A DNA stretch of 59,529 nucleotides, counting the filler, from Candidatus Desantisbacteria bacterium CG1_02_49_89 (GTDB lineage Bacteria; Desantisbacteria; UBA1551): assembly GCA_001871075.1 (NCBI GenBank). It is 6 parts of 6 records of this genome, joined end to end, with 100 filler letters (N's around TTAATTAATTAA, not from the genome) between each part and the next. Parts side by side here need not be neighbours in the genome. Positions count along the whole stretch, not along the records: positions 50,269 to 59,529 come from MNUP01000044.1; 5 more parts are not named here. The stretch is one strand, 5' to 3'. Numbering within the stretch: position 1 is the stretch's first letter; every line of letters starts with the position of its first letter. The notes beneath the pieces are model-generated. The model saw nothing but the letters and a program-made list of their open reading frames with translations, was not told where the DNA came from and searched no databases. Shown here one piece after another: positions 57,571 through 59,529 of the stretch. The position numbers were made by a program, and so were the translations under genes.

Positions 57571-58260
57571 TTATTTCTTCCCTGAAAGGTCCACTTCCTC
57601 CGTAACTTCTCCGTCTTTTAATATTATTATCCTGCGCGCGTTCTCGCCCACGTTCCTGTCGTGCGTGACCATTATAACGGTGTGGCCTTCCTCGTTGAGC
57701 TTTCTGAGGATCCCTATTATTTCCACGCCTGACTTGCTGTCAAGGTTGCCTGTGGGTTCGTCAGCGAGTATAATAGCCGGGCTGTTTATGAGCGCCCTTG
57801 CTATCGCGACCCTCTGCTGCTGGCCTCCGGAAAGCTCGCTGGGCTTGTGGTTCATCCGGTCTTCCAGGTTTACCATTTTCATCGCGTTTATCGCTTTTTC
57901 CCGCCTTTTTTCCTTCGGGATGTTCGCGTAAAGTAAAGGCAGTTCAACGTTGCCCAGCGCGTTCATCCTCGGAAGAAGGTTGAAGCTTTGAAACACAAAG
58001 CCTATCTTTTTGTTCCTCAGTTCCGCGAGCTCGTCTTTTTCCATATGGCTGGTCTCAATGCCGTCTATGGTGATAGTGCCGGATGAAGGCCTGTCAAGGC
58101 ACCCTATAAGGTGCATCAGCGTGGATTTGCCTGAGCCTGAAGCGCCCATTATGGCAACGAACTCACCTTTTTCTATGTTTATGTTTATTCCCTTGAGCGC
58201 GGGAACTTCTATCTTGCCCAGGTGGTATATTTTTGCTAAATCTTTAGTGCTTATGATCAT
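57571..58260 (-). CDS. ABC transporter ATP-binding protein (MacB/LolD type)
   Basis: [30 protein letters not shown]. Confidence 0.96.
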   Translation of the reverse strand: MIISTKDLAKIYHLGKIEVPALKGININIEKGEFVAIMGASGSGKSTLMHLIGCLDRPSSGTITIDGIETSHMEKDELAELRNKKIGFVFQSFNLLPRMNALGNVELPLLYANIPKEKRREKAINAMKMVNLEDRMNHKPSELSGGQQQRVAIARALINSPAIILADEPTGNLDSKSGVEIIGILRKLNEEGHTVIMVTHDRNVGENARRIIILKDGEVTEEVDLSGKK

Positions 58261-58308
58261 CTTTACCCCTCTTTTACCATTTAACCTTTTTAACCTTTTT
58301 AACTTGTT

Positions 58309-58842
58309 TTATCGGCTGCGCGGCGGCGGGGGTCCTGGTTTGTGCGGATGCGGCCCTGTGTCCGAGAAAAAAGGCATTGCTGCAAGCCCCATCTCCATCC
58401 TGTTAAATATCCTGTTGAACCTTTTAGCCTGTTCGGGTTTCAGGCAGCTTCTTGTTTTTATGATGCTGTCAACCGAGGCGTTCTCGATCTGCGCCTGCAG
58501 ACCCGATATTTCAAGGATGATCTTCTGTTTTTTTGCCTCATCCACCTTGCCTTCCTTTATCATTCTGAACAGCTCTTTCCTGAGTTCGTGGGATCTCCCG
58601 GCAAGCGGCGCGATCGTTTTTTGGGATTCTTCGTGGATGCGCAGTATTTCCTTTTTCTGTTCCCCTGAGATCCCCATTTTCCTGCATAGCATGTCCAAAG
58701 GTGCCCTCTTCATGGCGAATCCCGGGCCGCCCGCGCGGAACATTTTCCTTACCGCCGCGTGCCTGAATATCACCGCGGAAGCTACCCCGATGTTCAGGGC
58801 AAGCGAAATTATCAATACTGCGGTCATGATCCTGGATCTCAT
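58309..58842 (-). CDS. Periplasmic heavy-metal-sensor/Spy-CpxP-like protein
   Basis: ISLALNIG anchor, GISGEQKKEI and LKPEQ (LTxxQ-like) motifs, His/Pro tail. Confidence 0.8.
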   Translation of the reverse strand: MRSRIMTAVLIISLALNIGVASAVIFRHAAVRKMFRAGGPGFAMKRAPLDMLCRKMGISGEQKKEILRIHEESQKTIAPLAGRSHELRKELFRMIKEGKVDEAKKQKIILEISGLQAQIENASVDSIIKTRSCLKPEQAKRFNRIFNRMEMGLAAMPFFSDTGPHPHKPGPPPPRSR

Positions 58843-59313
58843 TTAAGCACCTCCGAGATATTCGCTGTAAAGACTGCCGAAAGAGTTTTCAGGCAGCGCT
58901 TCCAGCGTTTGCAGGTTCAGGGTTGATTCGGTTTCCTTTGAAAAAGCTGATTCGTCGTTCGCCTGGGTCCAGTAGGTGTTGCCCAGCAGAACTCCGGCCA
59001 GCAGGGAAAAGCCTATTATAAGGAAAGAAAATGCCGCGCCTGCGAAAGCTGTCCTGAAACCAAGCCTGAAGATGCCGGGAACGGTTTCGGCGCCTTCGGC
59101 AGAGATCTTTGCTTTTATTTTATTGAAAAAATAAGGCGGGGTTTCGAGAACTTCAGGAACTGCTAGTTCCTTCAGTATAGCGGATGTGAATTCAATTTCT
59201 TCCCTGCATTCCGGGCATGAGTCAAGATGCGCGTTCAGCTCTTCCAGACGGTCAGCGCCCAGCTCGTTATCCGCTTTCAAAGAAATGAGTTTTTTCGCGC
59301 TCTTGCAGTCCAT
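58843..59313 (-). CDS. zf-HC2 anti-sigma factor
   Basis: MDC...HLDSCPEC plus one TM. Confidence 0.9.
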   Translation of the reverse strand: MDCKSAKKLISLKADNELGADRLEELNAHLDSCPECREEIEFTSAILKELAVPEVLETPPYFFNKIKAKISAEGAETVPGIFRLGFRTAFAGAAFSFLIIGFSLLAGVLLGNTYWTQANDESAFSKETESTLNLQTLEALPENSFGSLYSEYLGGA

Positions 59314-59366
59314 CTTCGATGCCTCCTGATATATTAGACAGGCGTAAAGCTTAAAAACTTGCTGCC

Positions 59367-59529
59367 TTAGAGCATGCCTTTTTCTCTGTAAGGAAGCAGC
59401 ACTGTCCTCAGCTTGCGCTTCGCCTTGAAAAGCAGGGATTCAACGGCCGGGATCGAAACCTTCATTATACCGGATATTTCTGAGTAGGAACGGCCCTCAT
59501 ACCTGGAAAGGATTAAGGCCGTTTTCTGG
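59367..59529 (-). CDS. ECF sigma factor, region 4 (partial, not in ORF track)
   Basis: Hand translation: QKTALILSRYEGRSYSEISGIMKVSIPAVESLLFKAKRKLR...*; directly upstream of the anti-sigma gene. Confidence 0.88.
   Translation of the reverse strand, partial: QKTALILSRYEGRSYSEISGIMKVSIPAVESLLFKAKRKLRTVLLPYREKGML

Noticed and set aside
1-59529. tRNA/rRNA genes, integron attC arrays, DGR or retron
   Set aside because: No cloverleaf, rRNA, integrase or reverse transcriptase seen by eye. A tRNAscan/Infernal run would be needed to exclude divergent RNAs.

Overview
This 59.5-kb window is not one locus. It is six draft-genome contigs (1-9901, 10002-19556, 19657-28750, 28851-41327, 41428-50168, 50269-59529) joined by artificial N-TTAATTAATTAA-N spacers, so gene context holds only within each contig. 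The gene content suggests a diderm, probably anaerobic bacterium, possibly from a candidate phylum (inference only). Contents by contig: (1) a sugar-catabolic operon (GH38, GH172/DUF2961, Gfo/Idh/MocA, sugar-phosphate isomerase, class I aldolase) and a CTD-protein/PorV pair; (2) capD, purQ/purL/tandem purS, an AcsE-like methyltransferase, an HPS-RraA fusion and a PorV-OmpA fusion; (3) BrnTA and a c-di-GMP-I riboswitch-led operon encoding a large secreted protein, PorV-FN3 and an Rhs gene cut by IS630; (4) a P2A ATPase, a signal-peptide-bearing AmmeMemoRadiSam radical SAM cluster, bioY, NIL-ferredoxin, larE and a cysteine desulfurase; (5) GAF-HD-GYP, csp and a MarR/MMPL/LolA-like cluster; (6) an ECF sigma/anti-sigma/MacAB-TolC cluster. 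The most unusual signal is non-coding: a layered set of micro-elements. It includes 7-10-nt tandem arrays, 27-55-nt hairpin elements that insert into those arrays (often at G|A), one element that nests inside itself, GTAG-type REP doublets, and two IS630-type MITE families wrapped around the same palindrome. These elements sit in frame inside purL (four times), purS, larE and several signal peptides, and inside the P3 loop of the riboswitch. The second main candidate system is a T9SS-like export module (CTD protein plus dedicated PorV), one copy under c-di-GMP control with a possible HF|S autoproteolytic site. All calls are by eye; no database search was run.
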